Shown: positions 9,454-19,852 of the stretch, piece after piece | Numbering within the stretch: position 1 is the first letter of the stretch | How the letters are laid out: each line of letters begins with the position of its first letter | Assembly (NCBI GenBank): GCA_963765675.1 | Contig: CAVXXK010000001.1 | Span: 672,001-736,000 of the forward strand | Reading direction: 5' to 3' | Origin: an uncultured delta proteobacterium | GTDB taxonomy: Bacteria; Desulfobacterota; Binatia; Binatales; Binataceae | Length of the DNA stretch: 64,000 nt | Notes under the pieces: generated by a model | Told to the model about the DNA's origin: nothing | Databases searched by the model: none | What the model saw: the letters and a program-made list of their open reading frames with translations, nothing else | Position numbers and translations under genes: made by a program

Positions 9454-11262
9454 ATGACGAACGATAGCGCCCGAGCGAATGAACCGGCCGCGAGCAAGGA
9501 GAGCCGCCGAGCGCATAATTTTCTTCTTGTCTCAGACTTCAATCTGCAGAACCTTGCCTCACTCTTGCGAAAACGCGAGACCGGATTCGCGCTCGACATC
9601 AGAACTGCGGCATTCGGGCAGGTGATGCAGCTTCTATTGTCCCGCGAGGCGAGCACGTGGACGGCGGATCTTGATGGAACCTTGCTTTGGACCTCTCCCG
9701 AAGCGATTTCTCCGACCTACGCCAAAGCACTGCGCTACGAGAATTTCAGCGTCGAGAACGTGCTCGGCGAAGTGGATGAATTCGCACACGCGCTGACCTC
9801 AATCCCTCCGCATGTGCGGCACATTTTCGTGCCTACCTGGTCGTCGTGTCATTCACGCGACACGCGGCGCGGATTACTCGACATGCATCCGCGTCTAGGG
9901 ATCGCGGCGCTTCTCATGAAGATGAACCTGCGCCTGGCTGAAGTCGCCTTGAGGGATTCCCGCGTGCATCTTTTTGATTCGATGCGTTGGATCGCTTCGC
10001 AAGGCGATCGCGCATATGACGACCGGCTCTGGTATTTGTCGAAGACTCCATTTGCAATCGGAGTATTCCGGGAAGCTGCACAGGACCTTGTCGCTGCACT
10101 TAGAGCTGTCGAGGGCAAGTCCCGCAAGCTGGTTATCCTTGATCTGGATGACACGGTGTGGGGCGGTATCGTCGGCGATGTGGGATGGCGCAACTTGCGA
10201 GTCGGTGGTCACGATCCGGTGGGAGAGGCGTACCTGGATTTCCAGCGTGGATTGCGCGGACTCGCTCGGCGAGGAATTTTGCTGGCGATCGCCAGTAAGA
10301 ACCAGGAGCATATCGCGCTCGAAGCCATACGGTCGCATCCTGACATGGTGCTGCGATTGGAGGACTTTTCGGCCTGGCGCATCAATTGGGAAGACAAAGC
10401 CGCAAATGTCGCCGAGCTAGCCGCCGAGCTCAACCTTGGTCTCGAGTCTGCGGTTTTTCTCGACGATAGCCCGACCGAACGCGCGCGAGTCCGCGAGGCG
10501 TTGCCATCAGTGCTGGTGCCAGAATGGCCGAGCAATCCGATCGATTTTCCGCGCGCGTTGCGCGCGCTCGATTGCTTCGACACCCACGTAGTCAGCGACG
10601 AAGATCGAAATCGCACCGCGATGTATGTGTCGGAACGCAAACGAAGGGAGCTGCGAACCGCTTTGGTTACGATCGACGAGTGGTTGATGACGCTGAATGT
10701 GGCGGTCAGCGTCGAAACCCTCGATGACGCCAACCTCGAACGAGCAGTTCAATTGCTCAACAAGACTAATCAAATGAATTTGCGTGTCCGCAGGCTTTCG
10801 AGTCGCGAATTTCGCGCATGGTCCATGGCGCCGGATAATCGGGTGCTGATCTTTCGCATCGCCGATAAGTTCGGCGATTACGGGTTGGCGGGAATCGGAA
10901 GTCTGCACTTCGACCGGTCACGCCACCGCGCATCTGTCGAGGACTTCGTGCTGAGTTGCAGGGTGATGGGTAGAAAGGTCGAAAATGCGATGCTGCATGT
11001 GCTCTGCAAATGCGCCCGCGAAGCCGGCATGAAGGATCTCTCAGCGGATCCTGCGCCGACGGAAAAAAATTACCCGTGCCGCCAATTCTTCGAAGCGGCC
11101 GCGATGCACGCGGCTCCATCCAAGGCAGGCTTTTCCTGGAATCTGAGTACGGAGTTCCTGCTGCCCTCGTCGCTCGAGCTCAATTGGGCAGGCATGAGCA
11201 ATTTAAAGAGCACCGGTGCGCCCGCATCCGATCGCACGCAGCAGGTTGAGGACGATGCCTGA
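9454..11262 (+). CDS. FkbH-like HAD-IIIC protein (glyceryl transferase/phosphatase)
   Basis: KLVILDLDDTVWGG, ASKN, INWEDKA, FLDDSPTER, QLLNKTNQMNL, DKFGDYG and LSCRVMGR motifs. Confidence 0.92.
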   Translation: MTNDSARANEPAASKESRRAHNFLLVSDFNLQNLASLLRKRETGFALDIRTAAFGQVMQLLLSREASTWTADLDGTLLWTSPEAISPTYAKALRYENFSVENVLGEVDEFAHALTSIPPHVRHIFVPTWSSCHSRDTRRGLLDMHPRLGIAALLMKMNLRLAEVALRDSRVHLFDSMRWIASQGDRAYDDRLWYLSKTPFAIGVFREAAQDLVAALRAVEGKSRKLVILDLDDTVWGGIVGDVGWRNLRVGGHDPVGEAYLDFQRGLRGLARRGILLAIASKNQEHIALEAIRSHPDMVLRLEDFSAWRINWEDKAANVAELAAELNLGLESAVFLDDSPTERARVREALPSVLVPEWPSNPIDFPRALRALDCFDTHVVSDEDRNRTAMYVSERKRRELRTALVTIDEWLMTLNVAVSVETLDDANLERAVQLLNKTNQMNLRVRRLSSREFRAWSMAPDNRVLIFRIADKFGDYGLAGIGSLHFDRSRHRASVEDFVLSCRVMGRKVENAMLHVLCKCAREAGMKDLSADPAPTEKNYPCRQFFEAAAMHAAPSKAGFSWNLSTEFLLPSSLELNWAGMSNLKSTGAPASDRTQQVEDDA

Positions 11263-11815
11263 GCAAGCGCCAAGCCGCGGAATCGCGCCAAAATCTTTCG
11301 CGACACGCGTGAAGAATCGCGTGCTGCATCAGCTGGCGCGGACTTTGCCCGGAAGCCGAAGCGTCCGCCCACGCCTGCATCGCCTGCGCGGTGTCGCGAT
11401 CGGTTGCAATGTATTTATCGGTGACGATGTATATATCGAGAATGAATATCCGGAATGCGTTGAAATTGGCGACAACGTGGAGATCGCTCTGCGTACTGTG
11501 ATAATCGCGCATCTCCGGGGACCCGGCGGAATAGTAATCGAGCGAGACGCCTGGATTGGAGCATGTTGTCTGATTAGTTGCGTCAGCGATCGAATACTGA
11601 CTATTGGCGAAGGTGCGGTAATTGGAGCCGGGTCAATAATAACAAGCAACGTTGCTGCTCACGCATTCATCAGACCAGCACCGTCGGAGCAGGTCGCGAC
11701 GGCGGCCGTGCCGCTGGCGATCGCGCCTTCGTATTTTGCGTTTTTCCGCGGATTGAGGCCCGTGCGCGCACGCGGAGCTGGCATCGATTCAGGATCCAGA
11801 AACGAGGTGCGCTGA
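11255..11815 (+). CDS. Hexapeptide-repeat (left-handed beta-helix) acyltransferase
   Basis: GVAIGCNVFIGDDVYI, VEIGDNVEI and TIGEGAVIGAGSII repeats; the ATG overlaps the FkbH stop. Confidence 0.8.
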   Translation: MPEQAPSRGIAPKSFATRVKNRVLHQLARTLPGSRSVRPRLHRLRGVAIGCNVFIGDDVYIENEYPECVEIGDNVEIALRTVIIAHLRGPGGIVIERDAWIGACCLISCVSDRILTIGEGAVIGAGSIITSNVAAHAFIRPAPSEQVATAAVPLAIAPSYFAFFRGLRPVRARGAGIDSGSRNEVR

Positions 11816-12153
11816 TGGCGGCGAAGCACAACAATAGCAACCCCGCCACGCGCAGAACCGCGACCGCCGAAGGCGTGGTTTCGCGAGCCATCGACCAAGT
11901 CAACGAGCTGCTGGCTGAATCGCAGCAATTGAAAAAGGATCGGTTGACGCCACTGATCGATCCCAATACGACTCTCGATTCGCTGTCGGTGATCAATCTC
12001 CTGGTGTTTATCGAAGATAATTTTCGTGAATCATTCGATCGCGAAATTGTGCTCGCCGGAGAAGCCGGCGACGCGATGATCACCCCGGGCGCGCTCAGGA
12101 CGGTCGGCAGCCTGACAGACGCGCTCAATACGATTCTTCGTGAGGAATCCTGA
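11815..12153 (+). CDS. Acyl carrier protein-like
   Basis: LDSLSVINLLVFIED contains the phosphopantetheinylated-Ser motif and LRTVGSL is ACP-like; TGATG coupling to the upstream gene. Confidence 0.75.
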   Translation: MAAKHNNSNPATRRTATAEGVVSRAIDQVNELLAESQQLKKDRLTPLIDPNTTLDSLSVINLLVFIEDNFRESFDREIVLAGEAGDAMITPGALRTVGSLTDALNTILREES

Positions 12154-13930
12154 CGCGACGATGGCATCGCGGCTGGCACTGTTATCCTCTCGACGCTCGC
12201 GAACGTCCGACGAAAAACTCATTCGTCTTGCGGCAGTGATGGGTATTGAGACGGCGGTCTATCAAGTAGAAGGCACGGCGTCGGCAATGCAAATGGCTTC
12301 GGTACTCCAGACTGCCGGCGAGCGAGTGCTGGCGGCGCGCGCGGACACCGTTTCGATGCTTGGCCGAGAGTCGGAAAGTGCGTGTGCAGGGCGGCTCCTC
12401 ACGGGCATCAAATCCGCCTTCATATACGGCGCCGGAGAACCAGGCGCAGGTTCGGCCGTCGGTGAACTCACCGGTGGGCGCCTGGAAGGGACAACCAAGA
12501 TCCTCGACTCCGCGATCGTATGTGGAATTAGCGGCGTATCCGACGGCTGTGCGCAACTCTCAGGAATGTCGTTTTCGGTTAACCATCAGTCGGGGCTGCA
12601 GGCCTTCACGGGAAACTGGTTCGACGCGACCGAGGAGCTGATCTCGCTCCAGACCCGACCGTTTCTAGTGACTCTGCAACGGTTCGGCTGCCAATGTTTT
12701 CTGCTCGCGGCAAGCGAAATTGCCGATGTGGACGCTCCAGTGCCGGACGCAAACCTTGGAGAAGAAATCGCGCCAGCATTGCTGCCCGCGATGATCTTCA
12801 TGCGCCAGAGTTTTGGTGATCGATGCTGGAGCAATCCGCGGCGCCATGGGACCGTGACGATTGACGATCCGTTGCTGCGGCCGCGATATGGGTGCCTTAC
12901 CTACGATCGGCTGGTCGCGGCGATGCGCACGCATCGGTTCGCGAGCACCATCGCCTTCATTCCGTGGAATTATCGCAGAAGCGACCCGGTGACCACGGAA
13001 CTATTCAAACGCAATCGGGACATATTGTCGATCTGCACGCACGGATGCGATCATTCAGCCGGAGAGTTCGGGATTCGCGATCGGCGGGTTCTTCGAGCAA
13101 AAGCACGACTCGCGCTGGAACGAGCGCAGCGGCACAAGCAAATCAGCGGGGTCGGATTCGAACCGATCATGATCTTTCCGCAAGGCGTATTCTCGAATTC
13201 CGCTCTACCCGCGCTCAGAGCGGAGGGATATCTGGCAGCCGTGAATACGTCGGTGCATCCCGCGGAACCGGATGACAGCGGTCCGACGCTTGGGGATTTG
13301 CTTGACGGCGCCGTCACGCGAGCAGGTTTTCCCCTTTTCTCGAGAAGGTATCCGCGCTCGATTGCTGAGTTCGCACTCGATCTCTTTCTCGGCAAACCAC
13401 TTCTTATCACCGCGCATCATCAGAATTTCAGAAATGATGCTCGCGAAATCTCAGAATGGGCGGATCGCATTAATTCTATCGATCCCCACCTTACCTGGGC
13501 TCCGCTCGAGACGACGCTGTGTTCCACCGCGCTGCACCGCCGGACTGGCCCGCATGGCAGCGAAGTTCGCTTCTTCACGGATGAACTGAATCTTGCCAAT
13601 CCGTATACCGAGCCCGCGGTCCTGTCTCTGTCAAAGCAGATCGATAGTTCCATTCCGCCAGCAGGAGTTATGGTTGACGGACGTGCGATCGACTTCGAGG
13701 CCGACAGGGGCTCGCTCACGACGCAATTGAAACTCGCCCCACGCGCGAGCGTTGAGCTGAAAATAATCAATGTCGCGCACGGCGGCTCTTTATCTTCCGG
13801 CACCCTTCACCACCACGAACCAGGAATCGCCGCGCGCCGCTTTTTGTCCGAATTCCGCGATAATTATCTGGCGCGAAGCGACGCGCTGACGGCTCTGTCG
13901 CGCAAAGCGGCCCGGCTGATCCAGCGATGA
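12140..13930 (+). CDS. Hypothetical protein with central CE4/deacetylase-like domain
   Basis: TIDDPLLRPRYG, THGCDH and IFPQG resemble NodB-like motifs; in operon context. Confidence 0.6.
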   Translation: MRNPDATMASRLALLSSRRSRTSDEKLIRLAAVMGIETAVYQVEGTASAMQMASVLQTAGERVLAARADTVSMLGRESESACAGRLLTGIKSAFIYGAGEPGAGSAVGELTGGRLEGTTKILDSAIVCGISGVSDGCAQLSGMSFSVNHQSGLQAFTGNWFDATEELISLQTRPFLVTLQRFGCQCFLLAASEIADVDAPVPDANLGEEIAPALLPAMIFMRQSFGDRCWSNPRRHGTVTIDDPLLRPRYGCLTYDRLVAAMRTHRFASTIAFIPWNYRRSDPVTTELFKRNRDILSICTHGCDHSAGEFGIRDRRVLRAKARLALERAQRHKQISGVGFEPIMIFPQGVFSNSALPALRAEGYLAAVNTSVHPAEPDDSGPTLGDLLDGAVTRAGFPLFSRRYPRSIAEFALDLFLGKPLLITAHHQNFRNDAREISEWADRINSIDPHLTWAPLETTLCSTALHRRTGPHGSEVRFFTDELNLANPYTEPAVLSLSKQIDSSIPPAGVMVDGRAIDFEADRGSLTTQLKLAPRASVELKIINVAHGGSLSSGTLHHHEPGIAARRFLSEFRDNYLARSDALTALSRKAARLIQR

Positions 13931-13963
13931 AGAGCGCCCAAGAGAAGGACGCGAGTTAAACCT

Positions 13964-14818
13964 ATGTTGCTTCAGAAAATTCGTCATCAGCGTAGTGCAC
14001 GTTACCGAATTCTTCGGGAACGCTTGACTGAACCGATCCATCTGAATGCCGCCGCGCTAGGGGTAGCACTGTTTGGCTCTTTTCGCGCCAAGGTGGCGTG
14101 CGATCTGATTGCTCGCCCGCATTACGCATATGGGCTGTTGGCCGCGGCCGACCAGGCAATTGAGGCGGGATTATCATCCTTTACCGCAGTGGAATTCGGA
14201 GTGGCGTCCGGCGAGGGTCTGCTCAACCTGTGCAAGATCGCCGAACAGCTGAGTGAAGCTACCGGTATCGCGGTGAATATCGCCGGCTTCGACAGCGGCA
14301 CGGGGATGCCGGAGCCGGTGGATTATCGCGATCATCCGGAGGAGTTTCAGGCCGGCGACTTTCCAATGGAATTCGACAAACTGCAGTCGCGGCTGCCGTC
14401 GAACTGTCGCCTGATTCTTGGGCCGGTCCGCGAGACGGTTCCACAATTCCTGGCTTCGCTCACGAGTACGTCACCGCTCGGGTTCGCCGCCTTCGATTTG
14501 GACTACTACACGTCGACCAGCGAAGCGTTCGCACTGTTGGCCGATCGGGATACGTCAAAGTACCTGTTCCTGCCGGTCCTTTATTTCGACGATATTGTGC
14601 TACCCAATTACAACGAGTGGGCAGGCGAGCTTCTGGCCGTTAAAGACTTCAATTCGCAGCATGAGTTGCGCAAGATCGAGCAATACCGCTTTTTGCGTTC
14701 GCGCCGCATCTTCAAGAATGCTCGATGGATCGATCAGATGTATTTGCTGCATCTGTTCGATCACGCGTGGCTCTATCGCAAACGCGAAGTGCGTGCGATG
14801 CCGAACGTGTACTTTTGA
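13964..14818 (+). CDS. TylF-like/class I methyltransferase-fold protein
   Basis: VEFGVASGEG, GFDSGTGMP, FDLDYYTST and LYFDD resemble TylF/NovP O-methyltransferase motifs. Confidence 0.6.
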   Translation: MLLQKIRHQRSARYRILRERLTEPIHLNAAALGVALFGSFRAKVACDLIARPHYAYGLLAAADQAIEAGLSSFTAVEFGVASGEGLLNLCKIAEQLSEATGIAVNIAGFDSGTGMPEPVDYRDHPEEFQAGDFPMEFDKLQSRLPSNCRLILGPVRETVPQFLASLTSTSPLGFAAFDLDYYTSTSEAFALLADRDTSKYLFLPVLYFDDIVLPNYNEWAGELLAVKDFNSQHELRKIEQYRFLRSRRIFKNARWIDQMYLLHLFDHAWLYRKREVRAMPNVYF

Positions 14819-15172
14819 CACAGGCAAAATAGTTGGTCCACGCGTTATATCCAAATGAGCGGAGCGGTGCTGCGATTTTCGCGGCAGCATGCTTGCGGAT
14901 CGTAATCCGCGTGATGCGCACCATATCGGACTGTGCGTGATTTGATCTCGCGGTTGCATCAAATAGCTCGCGATCAAACGACACGCCAATTCAAAACAAA
15001 TGATGATCGCGGTGCCGCTCAAATTTGCGAAATTATTTAGCGTAGTTTTCATATTGAGTTTGTAACGAATCACTTCTTCACGCGTCTAACAATTCAACTA
15101 GTGCCTTGAATGTAAATCTTTCTTGGTACCGACAGGACGGAAAAGATTTTCGGCTACTCAGGCACATCTGAG

Positions 15173-15188
15173 CGGTACCAGAATTGCT
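15173..15188 (+). promoter_or_regulatory. Possible sigma54 promoter for the two-component operon
   Basis: CGGTAC-CAGAA-TTGCT (GG-N10-GC), with TGTAAATCTTTCT at 15111-15123 upstream. Confidence 0.4.
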
Positions 15189-15266
15189 GCCAAATGGAGA
15201 ATGCGGGGCTTCTGTACAATCAAACCCGTTTGTTTCTGAAAACTCCTAACCTGGATTTAACTGACG

Positions 15267-16640
15267 ATGAGCGACGCGAAACGAATTCTGGTCGCGGAAG
15301 ACGATCCGTCAACCCGCAACGCTTGGTCCGAGCTTATAGATTCATGGGGATACCAGATCATCGCTGCCGAGGACGGCGTGCGTGCGCTTGAACTGGTTCA
15401 TCTGAGCGAGCCGGACATCTTGTTGCTCGACTTGAAGCTCCCGCGCAAGGATGGCCTGGAAGTTCTTGCCGAGCTCCGAGACCAGGGCGCGCAGCAACCC
15501 ACAATCATAGTGTCAGGCGAGGGCGAGATTCCCGACGCGGTAAAGTCGATGAAGCTGGGGGCTTACGATTATCTGCGCAAGCCCGTGGACCTGCCTCATC
15601 TTAAGGTTCTGCTCCATAACCTGAGCGATCACCTGAACATCAGCGCGGAAAACCGGCGATTGCGTCAGAGGCTGATCCAGGTTGGCGAGTTGGGTCCGCT
15701 GATCGGCGAGTCGCCAGCTATGCGCCGCGTCATGCTGGCGATCGAGCAGGTTGCGCCAAGCAATGCTCCCGTGATTATCACCGGCTCGAGCGGCTGCGGC
15801 AAAGAAATCGTTGCGCGAACGATCCACGATCTGTCGGCGCGTCGTGACGGTCCCTATGTCGCGGTGAATTGTGCCGCGCTGCCCGAATCGCTGATGGAGA
15901 GCGACTTGTTTGGCCACGAACGAGGAGCGTTTACCGGCGCGGACAGAAAGCGCGAAGGATGCTTCGAGTTGGCGCGGGGAGGAACCTTGCTCCTCGACGA
16001 AATAAGCGAAATGCGTGTCGATCTGCAGGCTAAACTGCTCCGCGTGCTCGAAGATCAGAAGATGCGCCGGCTGGGCGGTGTCACCGAAATTCCGCTCGAC
16101 GTGCGGGTGCTCGCGGCCTCAAACCGAGACCTTGGCGCGGCGATCCGCGAGGGAAAATTCCGGCAGGATCTTTTCTTCCGACTCAATGTATTTTCAATCG
16201 AAGTACCACCGTTACGAAAACGCCTCGAGGATCTCCCGGTGCTCATCAATCATTTTCTGCACCTGTTCGCGAATCCCGACGGCACAGGAATTAGCGGCGT
16301 CGATGCCGATTGCCTGGAGGCGATGAGAGCGTACTCGTGGCCCGGAAATGTCCGCGAGTTGCGAAATGCGATCCAGCGCGCGGCGGTGGTAGCGCGAGGA
16401 CCTCTGATGACAGTCGCGGATTTGCCCCCCGATGTCACTGGGCGCGGAATCGCCAAGGAGGCAGTCGAGACTCGGGTCGGATGTTCTCTGGAAGAGGCCG
16501 AGCAGGAATTGATCCTTCGGACGCTCGACGCGCAGCACGGAAATAAAGTGCGCACCGCCGAAATTCTCCACATCAGTTTAAAGACTCTTTACAATCGCTT
16601 GGGAAAGTACCGCGCCGCGAAGCAATCTCAAACGAACTGA
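15267..16640 (+). CDS. Sigma54-dependent response regulator (NtrC/AtoC family enhancer-binding protein)
   Basis: Receiver domain (ILVAEDD, LLDLKLP), Walker [15 protein letters not shown] loop, [13 protein letters not shown] and a C-terminal Fis-type HTH. Confidence 0.95.
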   Translation: MSDAKRILVAEDDPSTRNAWSELIDSWGYQIIAAEDGVRALELVHLSEPDILLLDLKLPRKDGLEVLAELRDQGAQQPTIIVSGEGEIPDAVKSMKLGAYDYLRKPVDLPHLKVLLHNLSDHLNISAENRRLRQRLIQVGELGPLIGESPAMRRVMLAIEQVAPSNAPVIITGSSGCGKEIVARTIHDLSARRDGPYVAVNCAALPESLMESDLFGHERGAFTGADRKREGCFELARGGTLLLDEISEMRVDLQAKLLRVLEDQKMRRLGGVTEIPLDVRVLAASNRDLGAAIREGKFRQDLFFRLNVFSIEVPPLRKRLEDLPVLINHFLHLFANPDGTGISGVDADCLEAMRAYSWPGNVRELRNAIQRAAVVARGPLMTVADLPPDVTGRGIAKEAVETRVGCSLEEAEQELILRTLDAQHGNKVRTAEILHISLKTLYNRLGKYRAAKQSQTN

Positions 16641-16667
16641 GCCCGCACGCCAGAGGGGACCTGGATT

Positions 16668-18497
16668 ATGGGCCTGCGCTCTAAACTTGCGATCGCGTTT
16701 CTAGGGTTGTTGATGGCCGTGGTCTTCACGATCGGTGCGATACAAATCAATCGCACGATGAAGCTGACGATCGGTGATCTTGCGGCCTCGGGCGACCTGC
16801 TGACAGGCCAAGCCTACGAACAAATGCGCGTTACGCTTGCCTCCGCGCATGGCGATCCACTTACTGCACTGGCCCACGATTCTTCATTGCGCGCGCTGCT
16901 CGATTCGTATCGCGCGTTCGGCAAGGGCGTGGCCTATGCACGAATAGAGAGTCCCGATGGCTCGGTGATCATCTCGACGCCCGAGTCTCCGGGCGCTCCC
17001 GCGGTCCCGCCGGTTCAATCGTTCGAGAACCTGCAGGCGGAAACTTCGTCATGGCTACGAATGACAAGAGTGTTTCTGCTGTGGGGCGATTCGACATACG
17101 AAATGCGCCGGGAGATTCGGATCAATGGAAAGCCGTTTGCGGTTCTCGACGTCGGCCTATCAACGGCACTGACCGCGAGCGAACTCAAACGCTCGATTCG
17201 CGAAGTGCTGATAGTCGCGGCGATTGCCGTTGCGGCCGCAATAGCCGTTGCAATGTTCCTCGCCGGCATGCTGCTGCGCCCAGTAGCCGCTATGGCTACT
17301 GGCGTGGATGAACTCGCGGCAGGACTGGAAACGCAGAAAGTCAGAATCGGCGGTCGTGACGAGCTTAGCTCGCTCGCGGAGAAGTTTAATCGGCTATCGC
17401 AGCGGCTCAACCGCGATCGGTCGCGATGGGAACAGGATCGCGGACAGTTTTTCAGCATCTTTCGCTCGATCACCGACGCGGTGTTGCTGCTCGATTCGGC
17501 AGGCGCGATCCTGTTCGCAAACTCGGAAGCGATCGGGCGCCTTGGACTGCCTGCTGGAGGTGTCACCGACGGCAAGGCAATAAGGTTGCTGCTCGGCAAA
17601 AACCATCCTCTGACCCGGATGATCGAGGCGGTGTATGCCACTGCAACCGAGGTTCATGACGTCGCCATTCAAATGGACGATGGCGCGACCAGTAGCCTCC
17701 TGGTTTCGATATTCTCTCTTGGAAACGGACACGCGCCTGCGGGCCTTTTGGTAATTGTCCGCGATCTGGAACCGGTACGGGAACTGGAAACTGTAGTCGA
17801 TCAATCGGCGCGTCTGGCCCGGCTCGGCGCTCTTGTCACTGGCATCGCGCATCAGGTTCGCACCCCACTTAACGCCATGAATCTGCAGCTCGAATTGGCA
17901 ACCCAGGACACCGACCGTGGATTGCCGATCACTTCGCGCCTGGAGGCCGTTAGGCGCGAGATGCACCGCGTGGACGATGCGGTCTGCGCGCTGACCCGAT
18001 TTATCCGTCCCGAGACGCTGCAACTCGAGGCGATCGAGCTCAATGAAATGATCCAGGAGGTCGCGGCGCGGGTGCTACGGCCGGGGATTAAGGTCGAGTA
18101 CGACTTTGATGAGCGCACACCATTGGTCACCGCGGATCGCGCACTGCTCAGCGAAGCGATCAGAAACGTAGCGATCAACGCGGTCGAGGCGATGCCCGAT
18201 GGCGGTTTGATCGCGTTTCAGACTCATTTGACCGTCGAAGGATTCGTTGAAATCAAGATTGCCGATCGCGGCAACGGGATTCCATCGGAGCAGCTCGAAC
18301 GAATTTTTCAGCTCTATTTTACGACCAAGAATAGCGGCACCGGCATCGGGCTGCCGCTTGCGACCCGCGCGATCGATCTTCATCGCGGAACTCTCGAGGT
18401 CTCTTCAGAGGTGGGCACCGGTACGACGATAACAATTCGTCTTCCTATCGAAGATCAAACCGACGCGATGCCGGCCACCGCGCTCGCAGCCGACTAA
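16668..18497 (+). CDS. Sensor histidine kinase (TM-HAMP-PAS-HisKA-HATPase)
   Basis: Two TM helices, HAMP (DELSSLAEKFN), H-box IAHQVRTPLN, N-box NAVEAM, DRGNGI, FTTK and GTGIGL. Confidence 0.93.
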   Translation: MGLRSKLAIAFLGLLMAVVFTIGAIQINRTMKLTIGDLAASGDLLTGQAYEQMRVTLASAHGDPLTALAHDSSLRALLDSYRAFGKGVAYARIESPDGSVIISTPESPGAPAVPPVQSFENLQAETSSWLRMTRVFLLWGDSTYEMRREIRINGKPFAVLDVGLSTALTASELKRSIREVLIVAAIAVAAAIAVAMFLAGMLLRPVAAMATGVDELAAGLETQKVRIGGRDELSSLAEKFNRLSQRLNRDRSRWEQDRGQFFSIFRSITDAVLLLDSAGAILFANSEAIGRLGLPAGGVTDGKAIRLLLGKNHPLTRMIEAVYATATEVHDVAIQMDDGATSSLLVSIFSLGNGHAPAGLLVIVRDLEPVRELETVVDQSARLARLGALVTGIAHQVRTPLNAMNLQLELATQDTDRGLPITSRLEAVRREMHRVDDAVCALTRFIRPETLQLEAIELNEMIQEVAARVLRPGIKVEYDFDERTPLVTADRALLSEAIRNVAINAVEAMPDGGLIAFQTHLTVEGFVEIKIADRGNGIPSEQLERIFQLYFTTKNSGTGIGLPLATRAIDLHRGTLEVSSEVGTGTTITIRLPIEDQTDAMPATALAAD

Positions 18498-18510
18498 TCA
18501 TTCAGCGCCG

Positions 18511-19026
18511 ATGACTGTACCCAAAACAAAATGCCTGCTGCTTTATTGCGCGATCGCAGCCACATTGTCCGGATGTGCGACCGGCAGGTGGCGGCCGCCA
18601 TTATCGAACAATACCTCAGCGTCGTCGAATTCGTACAACGCACGTCCCCGAGGTCCGGCGCCGAGTCCTCGATCGATAGCGACGCCCGAATCCGCGTCCC
18701 TCAGAACCTCGTCGGAGGAAAGATCCCCTGCGCATGTCCCCGCCAAACCATTGGCCAGATCGCCAGTGGCCGTCATCACTATGGGCGATTCCGAGGGTGC
18801 GAAAGCCAAAGCGTCTCAAGTGATAGCCGATACGGCTGCGCGGCTGGGCACTGTCGATCACGAAAAGCTTAGCGCCATCGATGCTACTCAATATGAACAG
18901 GCGACCAGCTTCATGGCCGCGGCGCGTGATGCGATGCAGCAGCAGGACTATCCTGCGGCGAATGGACTCGCGCAAAAGGCCGCAGCCCTGACCGAGCGCA
19001 TCGGAACGACAGCGCTCCCGCAATAA
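18511..19026 (+). CDS. Lipoprotein, hypothetical (accessory to the two-component system)
   Basis: Lipobox LSGC, a low-complexity linker and a helical C-terminus; starts 13 nt after the kinase stop. Confidence 0.7.
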   Translation: MTVPKTKCLLLYCAIAATLSGCATGRWRPPLSNNTSASSNSYNARPRGPAPSPRSIATPESASLRTSSEERSPAHVPAKPLARSPVAVITMGDSEGAKAKASQVIADTAARLGTVDHEKLSAIDATQYEQATSFMAAARDAMQQQDYPAANGLAQKAAALTERIGTTALPQ

Positions 19027-19039
19027 GCCATCTGCGCCG

Positions 19040-19840
19040 TTACCGGTCTGCCGCGGGCTTTGCCTCGTGACCCAAGCCAGACCTTCGATTGGCCGCGGGG
19101 GCCGCCTGAGCGGAACTGTCATCGAGTTCGACCGCACGCCTACGGTTGGAATCAAGCACGGCCTCAAGCAGCGGCGAATCCGCAATCTGAAGAAGCAGGT
19201 TGATATTGGGGATCACGCAATGTCCCCCGATGAAGCCCGGGAAGTAACGTCCCCGCGGAAGAAAATCTACCTCGTGAAAGAATTCGCTGGCTTCGTAAAA
19301 GTCGCTGTCTACCCGCTCGCAATAGCGGTTCAATTCCTGCGCGAAAGCGATCAGAACGCCGAAGTATGTGGTCTCGGCAAGCTTGGCCAACTCCAAGGTT
19401 TCGATGCGGTTGATGCGGCGCGTCTTCATGCCGGCGCGCTGGAAATGCTCTTCGGCAACCCGCGCCGCGTCGGCATCCACTCCGGCTACAAACTTCAGAT
19501 AATGCATCAGGTCTTCAGACATTCGGGCATGCTTGCCGCGAACCGGACTGTACGCCATCGGGATGCCGCTCGCCTCGCAGATCCGGCGCGTAGTGCCCGG
19601 CAATACGGTGCTATCGACAATCGCGAGCGCCGGGCGAAATCGTCTCAGGTAGGTGAGCGCGGTAGATTCGAATTGCGTGCGCGACTGGAACGGGAAACAC
19701 AAGTGCATCACCGCGATCGGTTCATCGATGCTCATCGGTTCAATATCGTGCTTCAGCACCGGCTGAGTTCGTTCTAAAACCCGCGCCAAGGCGCCGCCCA
19801 CTTCTCCGAGGCCCACTACCAATGTCTTCCCGTTAATCAC
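19040..19840 (-). CDS. Short nucleotide-sugar 6-dehydrogenase (UDP-glucose/GDP-mannose dehydrogenase family, lacking C-terminal domain)
   Basis: VVGLGEVG, IVDSTVLPGTT, ELAKLAETTY and catalytic GGHCVIPN motifs; only 266 aa. Confidence 0.8.
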   Translation of the reverse strand: MINGKTLVVGLGEVGGALARVLERTQPVLKHDIEPMSIDEPIAVMHLCFPFQSRTQFESTALTYLRRFRPALAIVDSTVLPGTTRRICEASGIPMAYSPVRGKHARMSEDLMHYLKFVAGVDADAARVAEEHFQRAGMKTRRINRIETLELAKLAETTYFGVLIAFAQELNRYCERVDSDFYEASEFFHEVDFLPRGRYFPGFIGGHCVIPNINLLLQIADSPLLEAVLDSNRRRAVELDDSSAQAAPAANRRSGLGHEAKPAADR

Positions 19841-19852
19841 AGGTATTCTCCT

